NCBI GenBank assembly: GCA_024679065.1
Contig: JAGIQG010000043.1
Location: 1,798,001-1,862,000, forward strand
DNA: 64,000 bases
Source: Sphyrna mokarran
Taxonomy: Eukaryota
Reading direction: 5' to 3'
Positions 41,405-52,454 of the stretch are shown here, piece by piece; positions within the stretch are counted from its first letter, which is position 1, and every line of letters begins with the position of its first letter. A program made the translations under genes and the position numbers. The notes below the pieces were generated by a model. It searched no databases. It saw only the letters and a program-made list of their open reading frames with translations, and was not told the DNA's origin.

Positions 41405-41543
41405 CTGATAGAAAGGGGGATTTAAACTGAAATTTAAAATGGATTAATTTCACACCAAACCCGCTCAGAATTATCAATAACTCGGTGATAAATGTGTGGA
41501 TTGACAGCGCCGCGGAGTAACAGATTCCCCCCAAAATGTCTAC

Positions 41544-41663
41544 CTCTCTGCCGGTTCCCGCAGATCCTTCTTCTGGCCACAAGGACCAATCCCAGAAGGA
41601 GAATTGCTGCGACCAACAAACCCCCGGAAAACACTAAATCACAGATGAGTGAGAACAGAGAAT
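41544..41663 (-). CDS. TM exon of gene C (DSLFSLICDLVFSGGLLVAAILLLGLVLVARRRICGNRQR-G)
   Basis: ttttttgcag|AT...AGAG|gtagac; 120 nt; hydrophobic run followed by an RRR stop-transfer. Confidence 0.88.
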
Positions 41664-41929
41664 CTGCAAAAAAAAATAAAACTTTCAGTCAACAGAAATC
41701 AAGTGTGGAAACAATGAAACAGGCAAGGATCTTGTTCAACTTAACTGTCCAATTTGAGGGAAAAATGAGAAAAAATTTGCACACTTTCCCTTCATGTAAT
41801 ACACTTTTACAATCGAACACTAGGCGCGGCAGAAAGAGATAGTGGCAGAAAGACTGAACACTTTTTGAAGAGGGCATACTGAGAGATGGAGGGACAAAGT
41901 GAAAGAGTCAGGCAGGGTATAATCATATA

Positions 41930-42570
41930 ATCCTATGATGCAGAAGAAGACCATTCGGGCCATCGAGTCTGCACCACCCTATCCCAGGCACCTCACCTAT
42001 TTAATCTGCTAATCCTCTTGACTCTCGGCTCAATTTAGCATGGCTAATCCACTTATCCCGCACATTTTGGGCAGTAAGGGGCAATTTAGCATGGTCAATC
42101 CATGCAACCCACGTATCTTTGGAAACTAAAGGGCAATTTGTTATATCTAATCTAACTAACCCACATATCTTCGATACTAAGGGGCAATTTACCATGGCTT
42201 ATCCACGTAAATTACACATCCTTTGACACTAAGGGCAATTCACCATGGTTGACCCACCGAGCCTTCACATCGTTTGACAATAAGGAGCAGTTTACCATAG
42301 CTGGTCCACTTAACCAACACACCCGTTGATACTAAGGGGCATGTACCATGTCTGATCCATCTAACCGACACATCTTTTGGCACAAAGAGACAATTTAGCA
42401 TGGCCAATCCACCTAACCCGCACATCTTTGGGCACAAAGGGTCAATTTAGCATGGGCAATCCACTTATCCCGTTCATCTTTGGACACTAAGGGCAATGTA
42501 GCATGACCAATCCACCTAACCTACTCATGTTTGGAATTTGTGCGAAAACAGGAGCACCCGCGGGAAGGCC
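41930..42570 (-). repeat. SINE with a tandem ~52-bp core array (~10 copies)
   Basis: Repeated caatttagcatggccaatccacctaacccgcacatctttggacactaagggg. Confidence 0.85.
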
Positions 42571-43091
42571 CATATAATTGAATGGGATTGAAGTACTGGG
42601 AGGTGAAGGGATGAATAAATGGTTCACTGCTGTGCTGAGATAGAGAGCGACACTCGGAATATAATCACACATTTCAATTTAACACACTGACAGATTGGTC
42701 CCTGACCTTCGGATGCTTCATGTTGTCTTAGCCAGATACAAGAAGGGGAAGAGGAGAAGAGGCCATTCGGCCTATATCGTCTATTCTGCCATCCAACATC
42801 ACCATCCCTCACCATATTTACAAACTTCATTCTTCCGCTCTTTCTCTTACTCATTAATCTATCCGCTCTCACAAATGTGTTTCAGTGATTGAACACCCAC
42901 GGTTCATAACGGTAGCGATGAAGAGGCAAAATATCAGAAAATGAAACTGGGAGGATTATGATAGGATAGTGCTGATTTAGATATTCATAGATGCCCGCAG
43001 AGACATTTGTAATTTACAAAGTTAGGCTGCTTTTAGTAAAGTGTCCCGTTTTTATTAAATGGATTGAAAAATAGTCATTGGGAATAGCTAC

Positions 43092-43398
43092 CTTTCTGAG
43101 ATGAGAAACTGTTACTGAGAATACTGTCACTGGAGTTGATCCCGAACGGCGCAGGTACAGCGAGCACCGCCTCTCCAAGTTTCCGCCGAGAGACTGATGT
43201 AAATCCTGACGGTGTAGGTCCCGTCCGGCTCCAGTGTCCCCGAATCGGTCCGTCCCTCTGTATCTCTCCCCGAAACATTCCAGCGGACAGGAAAAGAATC
43301 GGGAGACACACCTCTGACCAGGCATATCAATGGGACCCTTTCCATGGCGGGAATCTCATCCAGCGGCGGGGTAAGGAGGAATATGGTGGAAGAACCCG
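43092..43398 (-). CDS. C1-set Ig domain exon of gene C (307 nt, +1 frameshift near the 3' end)
   Basis: GSSTIFLLTPP...LICLVRG...VRWNVSG...EPDGTYTV.....LSAETWRGGARCTCAV; deleting one G of GGG (43141-43143) gives ..CAVRINSSDSILSNSFSSQK-G|gtagct. Confidence 0.88.
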
Positions 43399-43500
43399 CT
43401 AAATCCAGCAAATGAAACAGAGAACACTCATTAATTGGTGGAAAAAAACACTTTAATTGCTCTGAGATACCCACTGCAATAGAGTATTAATGACATTTAC

Positions 43501-43839
43501 CTGTAATCACTAATTTGGAGCCATTTCCGAATATTTGGGTCGTGTTCTGATAAATGCGCTTTGCACAGTAATACATCCCAGAGTCATTTATTCGGGAATC
43601 CGTAATCATTAGTGAATAAAGACGCCCATTTTCAGAAATCTGGCTGGAAAATCTCCCGTCAGCTTGGCTGTTCTTGTATGCTCTGTAAACGAAATCCATG
43701 CCGTTTTTCCCCCTTTGTCTGTGCCAGTAGTCATCGCCAACAGCTTGAGCCTGTATGCGGCAGCTGAGATTAACAGGACTCCCCACAGGGAGCGTCTGAA
43801 CCGGCGGAAACTGGGACACGGTGACCTGAGACACAGTAA
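43501..43839 (-). CDS. germline-joined VJ Ig V-set exon of gene C
   Basis: tttcccag|TT ACT GTG...ATT ACA G|gtaaat; LSC, YWHRQ, GRFS, DSGMYYC and FGNGSKLVIT (J motif FGxG) in one exon; no RSS between V and J. Confidence 0.93.
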
Positions 43840-45542
43840 CTGGGAAAGAGAAACGGAGAGCACAACAGTCACCACAGGTAATGGAGCATTCTCTGAATCC
43901 CTACAGTGCAGAAAGAGGCCAGTTGGTCCATCGAGTTTGCACTGATCACAATCCCTCCTATCCCGATTCCGGCAATATTTTCATTGCTAATCCCTGTTAC
44001 CAAGGGGCAATATAGAACAAAGATCAAAGAACAAAACAACATGGGAAACACGCCCTTCGGCCCAACGAGCCGGCGCCGCCACCCCGATGTTTCCACTTCT
44101 ACCCGTGTTCCCTGTCTTCGTTTATAGATATATGGATTAAAAACCAAATTTGAGACAATTTAGAGAGAATTTGTTTTGCCAATCCCTTGTTAGACAACAA
44201 GATGGACCAAAGCACCCGTAGGATAAAAACAAGTACATCGATATCATCATCTATTTACACACTTCCCAGGGACTCCCAAGGCTCATGATTCCTATTTTAA
44301 ATCAGTTTTCTATACCCCTACATTCCCATTCTGTTCATGTGCCCATGTAAGGTTCTCTTAAATAACTCCAGACTGTCTGCCTCCACCACTTTACTTGGCA
44401 GCACATTCCATACTCCCATCACCCTCTGTGTGAAAAAAGCTCCCTATAGCATCGAAATTATACCTTACCCCACTCACCCTTATCCTGTGACCCCTCGTGC
44501 TATTCGAGTCCATCCTAGGAAAAAGCTTAACCCTGTTTACTGTATCTATACCTCTCATAATCTTGTACACCTCTATTAGATCTCCTCTAAGTCTATAGCG
44601 TGGCCATTCAAATTAACTCGCGCATCTTTGGACTTTTGGGGGAAGAGGAGCATTCGGAGGAAACCCACGCAGACACGGGGTGAACGTACAACCTCTGCTC
44701 GTGAATCCAAGCCTGGCGCTGTAATGTGACAATATTAATCCACCGCTGAGATGTTCCAGCACTTTCTAATTTTGCTTCGATTCTGCTCCTCCTCAGTTGA
44801 CTTTGGGAGCTAAAGTCTGTTCAGAAATGTATAACTTTCTGTGAAGTTCTACTTGAAAGTCTTTCTCTTCCAAGTCGCCAATATTATTAAGGGAGACCAT
44901 TCACACAGCATAGCTCATGAGAAATGGGAAATCAGACTAATTCCGTTCTAATCATTGTTATGAATCGACGTTGCATTTTCTCAGCAACATTTGATTCATT
45001 GTTAAATTAAACTTGCACGCTAAATCACAACTTAGAGCACTGCTGTAGCGCGGGGTGAGGGGACCTTCAGCCCTTCAAATTTGAGTTGAATCTGTGAAAG
45101 ATTTCACTAATATTACTGAATTTCACCCCTTTATATTTGTATCCAGTTCACCCATTTTGAAAGTTCCATTTCCCCGTTTGAAAGTTCCTGGTGGGTTTGC
45201 TTCCTCCGCCCTTTGAGACAAAACCTTCCAGATCACAACAGCTCAGATGGGTTAAAAAATCCTCTAATCTCCCTCTCTACTTTTACCAAATTCATATTCC
45301 CTTGGTTCCAGAAACTCCTGCCAACAGAATCAATTTCTGCCTCTTCGCTCTATCCAAATCCTTCTCCACTCTATCTGAATATAATGAGGATATCTCACCC
45401 TGGAAGAGATGGAACAATGCACAGATACCGAGGAAACCCATTGTCCTTGAACGAGACCGTGAGATTCTGAGCCCTCGGTCTAAATTTCACTGAGAACTCG
45501 CTCTTGTTCTCTCTGTGTGGGGGAGGAGTGAAATACCCGCAC

Positions 45543-45842
45543 CTTGTATATGAATGAAAACTCGACAGGGGTTTGAAAATAGAACCGAGGTAGAGAGCTC
45601 TCTGCGGTTTTCCTGTTTACTGCAGGTCCAGTGCTGGCGAGCATTCGGCATGTTCTCCAAAATGCCTCAAATGTCTCACTTACATCAGTTACATCAGACA
45701 TGGGGTGCAGAGCACTGCTCTTCCAAATCTGATAAGTATTCCCATGTGGTGGAAAAGATGCAGTTAACATTTCACAACGAATGATACCAGAAATGAGAGC
45801 GTGCCACTGTCAGTGAGTCTTGAAGAGGTTGGAGCTCTTTAT
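45543..45842 (-). other. possible decayed 300-nt Ig-like exon in intron 1 of gene C
   Basis: Strong acceptor ttttctttcacag|AT and aag|gtgcgg donor exactly 300 nt apart; a C...FPP...W...C pattern in a shifted frame; not open in the expected phase. Confidence 0.2.
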
Positions 45843-46039
45843 CTGTGAAAGAAAAATTGAAAATTGAGAGCTGATCCACTGAAATATTTGCAGTTATGAA
45901 ATGGTTCAACAAGGTAGCAGTAGGATTCCAAAGCATTGCAGGATGAGTTTGTCGCTAAGCAGAAATTCAGGACCAAAATGTCAGTTGGAAGAATGGGGGA
46001 AATATAGAACTCGATTTCATAGAGAATGCTTTTGATTTA

Positions 46040-46610
46040 ATTTGATTTGATTTATTATTGTCACATGTATTGGGTTGCTGTGAAAAGTATTGTTTCTTGC
46101 GCTCTGCACAGACAAAGCCTACCGTTCATAGAGTGCATAGATTTGATTTATTGTTGTCACATGTATTGGGATATAGTGAAAAGCTTTGTTTCTTGTGCGT
46201 TGCACAGACAAAGCGTATCATTCATAGAGTGTATAGATTTGATTTATTATTGTCACATATATTGGGGTACAGTAAAAAGTGTACCTTCGTGCACGCGTAC
46301 ACAAACAAAACATACCGTTCATACAGTATATAGATTTGATTTATTACTGTCATATCTAATGGGATACTGTGAAAACTATTGCTTCTTGCGCACTATACAG
46401 ATAAAGTATACCATTCATAGAGTGAATAGATTTGAGTGTTTTTTGTCACATATATTGGCATACAGTGAAAAGTATTGTTCTTTGCGCAGTATGCAGACAA
46501 AGCACACGATTCATAGAGTACATTGATTTAATGTATTATTGTGACATGTACTGGGATACAGTGAAAAGTATTATATCTTGCGCTATGCAAACAAAGCATA
46601 CCTTTCATAG
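46040..46610 (-). repeat. ~95-bp tandem array (same unit as 40580-41150, opposite orientation)
   Basis: Repeated gatttgatttattattgtcacatgtattgggatacagtgaaaagtattgtttcttgcgc. Confidence 0.85.
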
Positions 46611-49600
46611 AGAAGGAAAAGTGATGGTGATGTCAGAATCATCGCCAGGCTTAGAGAAAGTTCAATTTAATGCAATGTGGGCCCATTTTCCTTGGATAAT
46701 AATTCACGTGACAATAATAAATCAAACCAAATCAAATTAAAATATGCGAATTAATTAAAAATCGCACTATTGAAGTCGTTCTGATTGTGGCGTTAGTTGC
46801 CCCATTTTCCTCCTCACGTCCACTTGAGACGAATGACAAAGATATATTTTAACTGGGCAGCTGGATAGACACCAATGAGAGAAAGGAGTAGAAGGACATG
46901 TTGATGAAATGATAGAAAGAAGGAAGGGGCACCTCTGGAACATTAACAGCAGCTGATAGGCCGAATGGTGCAAAACTGTTCTGTGTATTTTATGTAATTG
47001 TGTTAGAAAAACATGAAATCAAAGCCACGCTTTGACACTCTGATAAGTGAACGGTTATTGCTGCCTCTTTGCTTTACCTGGGTTGCAAAAGGGCCTGGTC
47101 CGCATTATTTCAGATAGATTACAGTCGCCTAGCTTAATGTCAAGCCTGGCACGAAAACAAGATGCCCCCAGGTTCTTGGTAGTCGATGATATGTGTTTAC
47201 TAGTGCACTTACTATTAGAATATAGAAGATTCAGTCAGGTTCATGCAAAACGGGATGCTGAAAATTGACAATTGATAAAGCTTGGATAAATTAACTTATA
47301 GAACCATAAAACTCCTATAATACATAGGAGGCCATTCATCCCATTGAGCCTGCACAACTAGCAAACCCATCCCGGCGCTATCGCCGTGACCCCACATAGT
47401 TAGCCTGCTAATTCCCCTCACACTAAAAGACAATTTAGCATGGCCAATCTACCAAACCTGCACATCTTTATCCACTAAGGCGCAATGTAGCATGGTCAAT
47501 CTGGCATCCTGAACATTTTTGGAAAGTTAGGGCCAATAAAGTTATAGGACGGATATCAGAGGTAGGTTCTTTACCCAAAGGGTGGTTCGGGAGTGGAATG
47601 CCCTGCCTGCAGCAGTTTTAGATGCGCCAAGTTTGGTGGCGTTTAAGAGGTTACTTTATAAGTATATGGAAGAGAAGGGAATGGTTGAGTTTGGAGGGGC
47701 ATTGCTTTTTATATTGGTCGGCGCAACATCGAAGGCCGAAGGGCCTGTTCTGTGCTGTAATGTTCTATGTTCTATGTTCTAATTTAGCGTGGCGAATCAA
47801 CTGAGCATGGCCAATCAGACAACCGGCACATATTTGGCCACTTAAGGGGCAATTTTGCACGACCAATCCAGAATATCTGTACATCTTTGGACACTAGGCC
47901 TAATAGAGGCGTTTAAAATTATGAAGGGCATTGATAGGATGAACTGTGGAAAGGTTTTTCCCAAGTCGGAGGTGACGAGCACAAGCGGGTCACAAGTTCA
48001 AGCTGAGGGGAAGGGGGACGGCAAGGTTCAGCACAGATGTCAAGGGGACGAATTTTACACAGGGTGTGGTGGGGGCCTGGAATGCACTGCCAAGCAAGGT
48101 GGCTGAAGTGGACACGCTGGGATCATTTAACACTTGTCTAGATAGCCACATGACCAGACTGGGAATTGAGGGATACCAACAAATTGTCTAATTGGGCGCA
48201 CGAACAGCGTAGGTTTGGATGGCCGAAGGGCCTGTTCCTGTGCTGTACTGTTCTTTGTACTAAGGGGCAATTATGCATGGTCAATCCACCTAACCAGCAC
48301 ATTGTTGGACGTTGGCATTTAAAATTACAGTATTCTAATTTACAGATCCTGTCCCAGGTGCCCCAATCACCATTTCTATTAATTTGTGTTGCTTCATTTG
48401 ACAAATCCTCTTAAATCAATGCCATGCAACTTTCGGTATTTTGCCTTTTCATAAATATGGTATTCGTTCTTTTTTTTTACAGAAATGACAAATGCTGATA
48501 GAACACAGAAAAAGACAAGGCTCTAAACTCAAAACCAAATAAAAGTAACAGGATTTGATCTATTTAAGCTAATCTACGTCCTTTATCTGAATATAGGCTT
48601 TCTTAATATAGCGAGAGTAATATTGTTTATTTATTATTGTGCTTCTAGAAAGCCAGCATACCCTATACTGTGGAAAAAAAAAACTTTCTTTACATGACAA
48701 ACAAGCCTATTTAAATAGCAGCTGCCTTGTTACTTGTTCTCTACACAGCTTAGTAGTGGCGCTTGCTTTCGACTGTATGATGATCAGTTGACATTCTTGA
48801 TTAACCATTTACCAAGTGGTGGTAGTTATAGGACGGATGTCAGAGGTAGATTCTCTACTCACAGGGTAGTAAGGACGTGGAATGCCCTGCCTGCAGCAGT
48901 TGTGGACTCGCCAACTTTAAGGGCGTTCAAATGGCCAGTGGACAGACATATGAATAACATTGGAATAGTTTAGGTTAGAGGGTCATTAGATGGTTGCATT
49001 GGTTTGCACAACATCGAGGGCCGAAGGGCCTGTACTACACTGTAATGTTCACATTCTATGTTCTATGTACTACGTTATATTACTGATTAATCTGTGTACT
49101 TGGGCACAGTACATTTGGTCCCCAACTCCTAATAATCTACCATTGATTCCTTGAACGATAAAGTTGCCCTGTGATGAGAGACTGGAAAAAATATGTCAAA
49201 TTCTCTGTAGAACAGGAAAATGAGACTTCAGTGCATTGAAACACAATATTTTGAAGGATGGGTGATATGCCAGATCCGAAAGACATTGATTCCCTCTTGG
49301 CTGGAAAATATGTCACATAACCTCAGGGTAAAGAAATTGCCATTTCAGAATGAGAGAAGAATTTTCTGCGCCTAGAGGATAATGGATCTTACACCTAGGC
49401 TCAAAATTCAGATGTGTAAAAAGTATTTTGTGTAAAAAGTATTTTGAGTCGGAGCTATTCGCTCTGTTATGAAACAAGAAACTAGTTTGTATTTTAAAGT
49501 CACGAATATTAGAGGAACATTTATTCAAATGTTCCAATTAGACATCCCAGTAGAATCAGCCGCTTTCGTGAAACAAAACATTAACTCGGATAGAGTTTAG

Positions 49601-49624
49601 AGCCCCGTTTTCTGTGATACTTAC

Positions 49625-49697
49625 AGTAAAGCGTCAACATGCACCACTCCAACAGAACCAAAACAATCAGAAACTGACGGTGGATCAAATCTTTCAT
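49625..49697 (-). CDS. leader exon of gene C (MKDLIHRQFLIVLVLLEWCMLTLY-F)
   Basis: aaaATG...TAC T|gtaagt; 73 nt, phase 1, matching the phase of the VJ exon; hydrophobic core; homolog at 16547. Confidence 0.78.
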
Positions 49698-50630
49698 TTT
49701 TGGGAGTTCGATAGTTGATCCAATGACAATATTAAAGCAGTAAATTCAATGTTCTAGTTTCCCTACAAGACTCTAGCAATTATTCCAACAGGGAAAGTTC
49801 AAAAAATGAGGGGGAACAGAGCTGGTTGACTAGAGCTAGCTCCGTATGTCTTAAGGTGAAGGCCTTGGTAGAACGAATTAGTGCCACAACAGGTTGGGAG
49901 ATGAACAGAGAGGGCTCTTCTTCCGGAATGGTTGAAATGCTCTGCAAAAAAAAAGCTATGACCTTTAAAGTCAAGGAAAATAGTGAGATTTTCAGCAGAG
50001 AGCGGGGCTTGGCAGCAGATAGAGAAATGCAGAGAGGCATTGTCTGTGGCCACGCTTGCATGGTGTGACCTTAAGAAAGACGCCTCGCTCACAGTCCTTT
50101 CGGGGACTGTGCAAAAGCAGCAATCGCTGGTCGAGATTCTGACCACGTTGACACAGAAAGTTGTCCGAGACTACAGCTCAATGTGGTTTTTCGTTTGTTT
50201 ACAGTTGAGATGCTACACCTACCCAACTGCCTCCAGAGATCAGAAGCTGAGACACAATGTAAAACCGCAGACAGTTGGGCATTCGAGATAGATTTAGCTG
50301 CACAGAGAACCTGCTGGTTTACAATTAAGCCATATTACAGGAACCTATTCAAAAGAATATCTGTCACAATTTGGAAGCATTGCTCGTGTTGATCACAATT
50401 TGCAGAAACCCCCTTCTGATTCACAACAGATGCACTCATTTCATCTGCAGGTCAGATTAACTGCAGTTTGTACATTCTACACTCAAGCAGTAATTAACTG
50501 AGATTTCCAACATAATTTCAATCAAGTCACATATAATTCATAGAATATTTTCACTTCTCTTTCTTCGACAGCTTGCATCAGGAATCATGTGCAATCTCTT
50601 TACAGAATGAATCAGATTGAACACAATTAC
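49698..50630 (-). promoter_or_regulatory. putative promoter/enhancer of gene C
   Basis: Conserved with 15620-16546; RUNX TGTGGTT 50182 and AACCGCA 50263, forkhead TGTTTAC 50196 and E-box CATCTG 50442 are retained in both copies. Confidence 0.5.
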
Positions 50631-51254
50631 ATTACAACCTGCTGGCACAGCTGTTAGCAGTGTTGCCTCACAGCCCCTGGGACCTGGCTCGATTCCTGCC
50701 TTGGGTCACTGTCTGCCTGGAGCCTGAATGTTCTCCTTATGTCTGCGCACGTTTCCTCTGGGTGCTCGGTTTTCCTCTCACAGTCTGAAAATGTGCAGTC
50801 CCGGTGGATTGGTCCTGCTAAATTGCCTCTTCGTGTCTAAAGATGCATCGTTTAGCCTGATTAGTCATGTAAATTTTCCCTTAGTGTTCAAACATGTGCA
50901 GGACAGGTGGATTGATCATACCCAACTGCCCTTTAGTGCTTTTCGATGTGCCGGATAGAAAGATTAGTAATGCTAAATTCATAGGATTGGATCATAGAAC
51001 ACGTGCGATGTAGATTTCCCCCTTAGTGTCCCGAGGTGCGTAGGCCAAGTGGATGTTCCGCAGCTTCTAAGGGCACTTTATTATTCCTGTATTCCAGTTA
51101 ATCTGTCTCTGTCGTCTGGAGGTAGAACTCTCAGTGTTTGGATATGAACTGGCAGGAATACTGAATATGATCAGAGACTGCCCACAGTGCAGAAGGAAGC
51201 ACTCATTTACCCAGATCCACATCATCCACCTTATCCCCATAACAACGCACAATA

Positions 51255-51660
51255 AACACGACTAATCCACCTAACCTATACATCGTTGGCACGAAGGGAC
51301 AATTTAGCACAGCCAATCTACTTAACCTACACATCTTTGGTCACTAAGGAGCAATTTAAAATTGCCGATCCGCCTAACCCGCACGTCTTCAGACATTAAG
51401 GGGCAATTTACTACGGCCAATCCACCTATCCTATGCATGTTTGTACATTAAGGGGCAATTTAACATGGCTAATCCAGCTAACCTGCACATCTTTGGACAC
51501 TAATGTGCAATTTAGCATGGCCAATCCACCTAACTTGCACATCTTTAGGCAGTAAGGGAAAATTTAGCACGGCCACTCCACCTAATCTACACACATTTAG
51601 ACAATAAGGGGCAATTTAGCACGGCCAATCCAACGAATCTACACATCTTTGGACATCATC
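51255..51660 (-). repeat. tandem ~52-bp SINE-core array
   Basis: Same unit as the 14.7-kb array, ~8 copies, at the mirrored position. Confidence 0.85.
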
Positions 51661-52454
51661 ATTTTCGAAAGAACAATGCACTTCACCCTTGCTAAGGAAT
51701 TCACATCCCGCGAATGAGTTGAAATTTAGCTGCAATAGAAAACATATCACCGCAGAATTACTGTACTGTAACACTTCCTGAAAACCGCTGCCTGTTCATC
51801 GCTATGACGCACAGTCGATGACCACACGGCGTCAAGTGAATGTGGAATTCACCAGCACACCGCACCAAACTTGTGTCAGACTTTCCATTGCACAGCCCGT
51901 CATAATTTCCATTGCGTCTGAAAGGGACAAAACTCTCTGGGTTTGACCTCAGGTCAACCTGCGGCCACTAACCCTACAAAACAAACAGGTCGACAAAACA
52001 TGTAGAAATGGCACGTAAAGATATCCAAAGAATTATTATGTGCAAGACTCATTTTCTTGCTGTTGCAGGTTTATGGTGAGTAAAAGCGGATAAGAACTAA
52101 CTGCTAGAATAAGTGAAATAAATAAAAATAATAATTATTATTATTATGTATAATAATAATAAGTAAAAACTGTGACCCCATGTTCAGATGAAAGGAACTA
52201 CCCTGTTCATGCGAGTTTGTATTGTTTTTCTCGCATAAATGTTCAGTAAAGGTTTACTAATGCCCTTTAGGGAAGGAAATTTCCCTTCATAATCTGGTTT
52301 GCCCGATATTTGAATCCTGAGCCACAGTAATGTGGTTGATTTTTAACTGTCCTCCAAAAGCAGGGATGGGCAATTAATGGTGGCCCAGCCAGCAACACCG
52401 CGTCCCCAAAATGAACACACACACAAAAAAAAACTTGTGATGGTTTCATTTTAC

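Larger units (their letters stand above)
41346..49697 (-). pseudogene. non-rearranging antigen-receptor-like gene C: leader-VJ-C1-TM-Cyt (PRARP/VJC1-like); one +1 frameshift in this assembly; 3' end unresolved
   Basis: Exons 49697-49625, 43839-43501, 43398-43092, 41663-41544 and 41404-41346; all GT-AG; phase-1 junctions as in Ig/TCR genes; the only lesion seen is an extra base in C1. Confidence 0.8.

Noticed and set aside
42000-42535. CRISPR-like regularly spaced repeats (also the 95-bp arrays)
   Set aside because: Vertebrate DNA; head-to-tail degenerate units without unique spacers; derived from SINE/LINE sequence.
43400-43900. Rearranging V or J gene segment with RSS
   Set aside because: V and J motifs are contiguous in one exon and no heptamer-spacer-nonamer was seen beside them; scattered cacagtg elsewhere lie in SINE heads.
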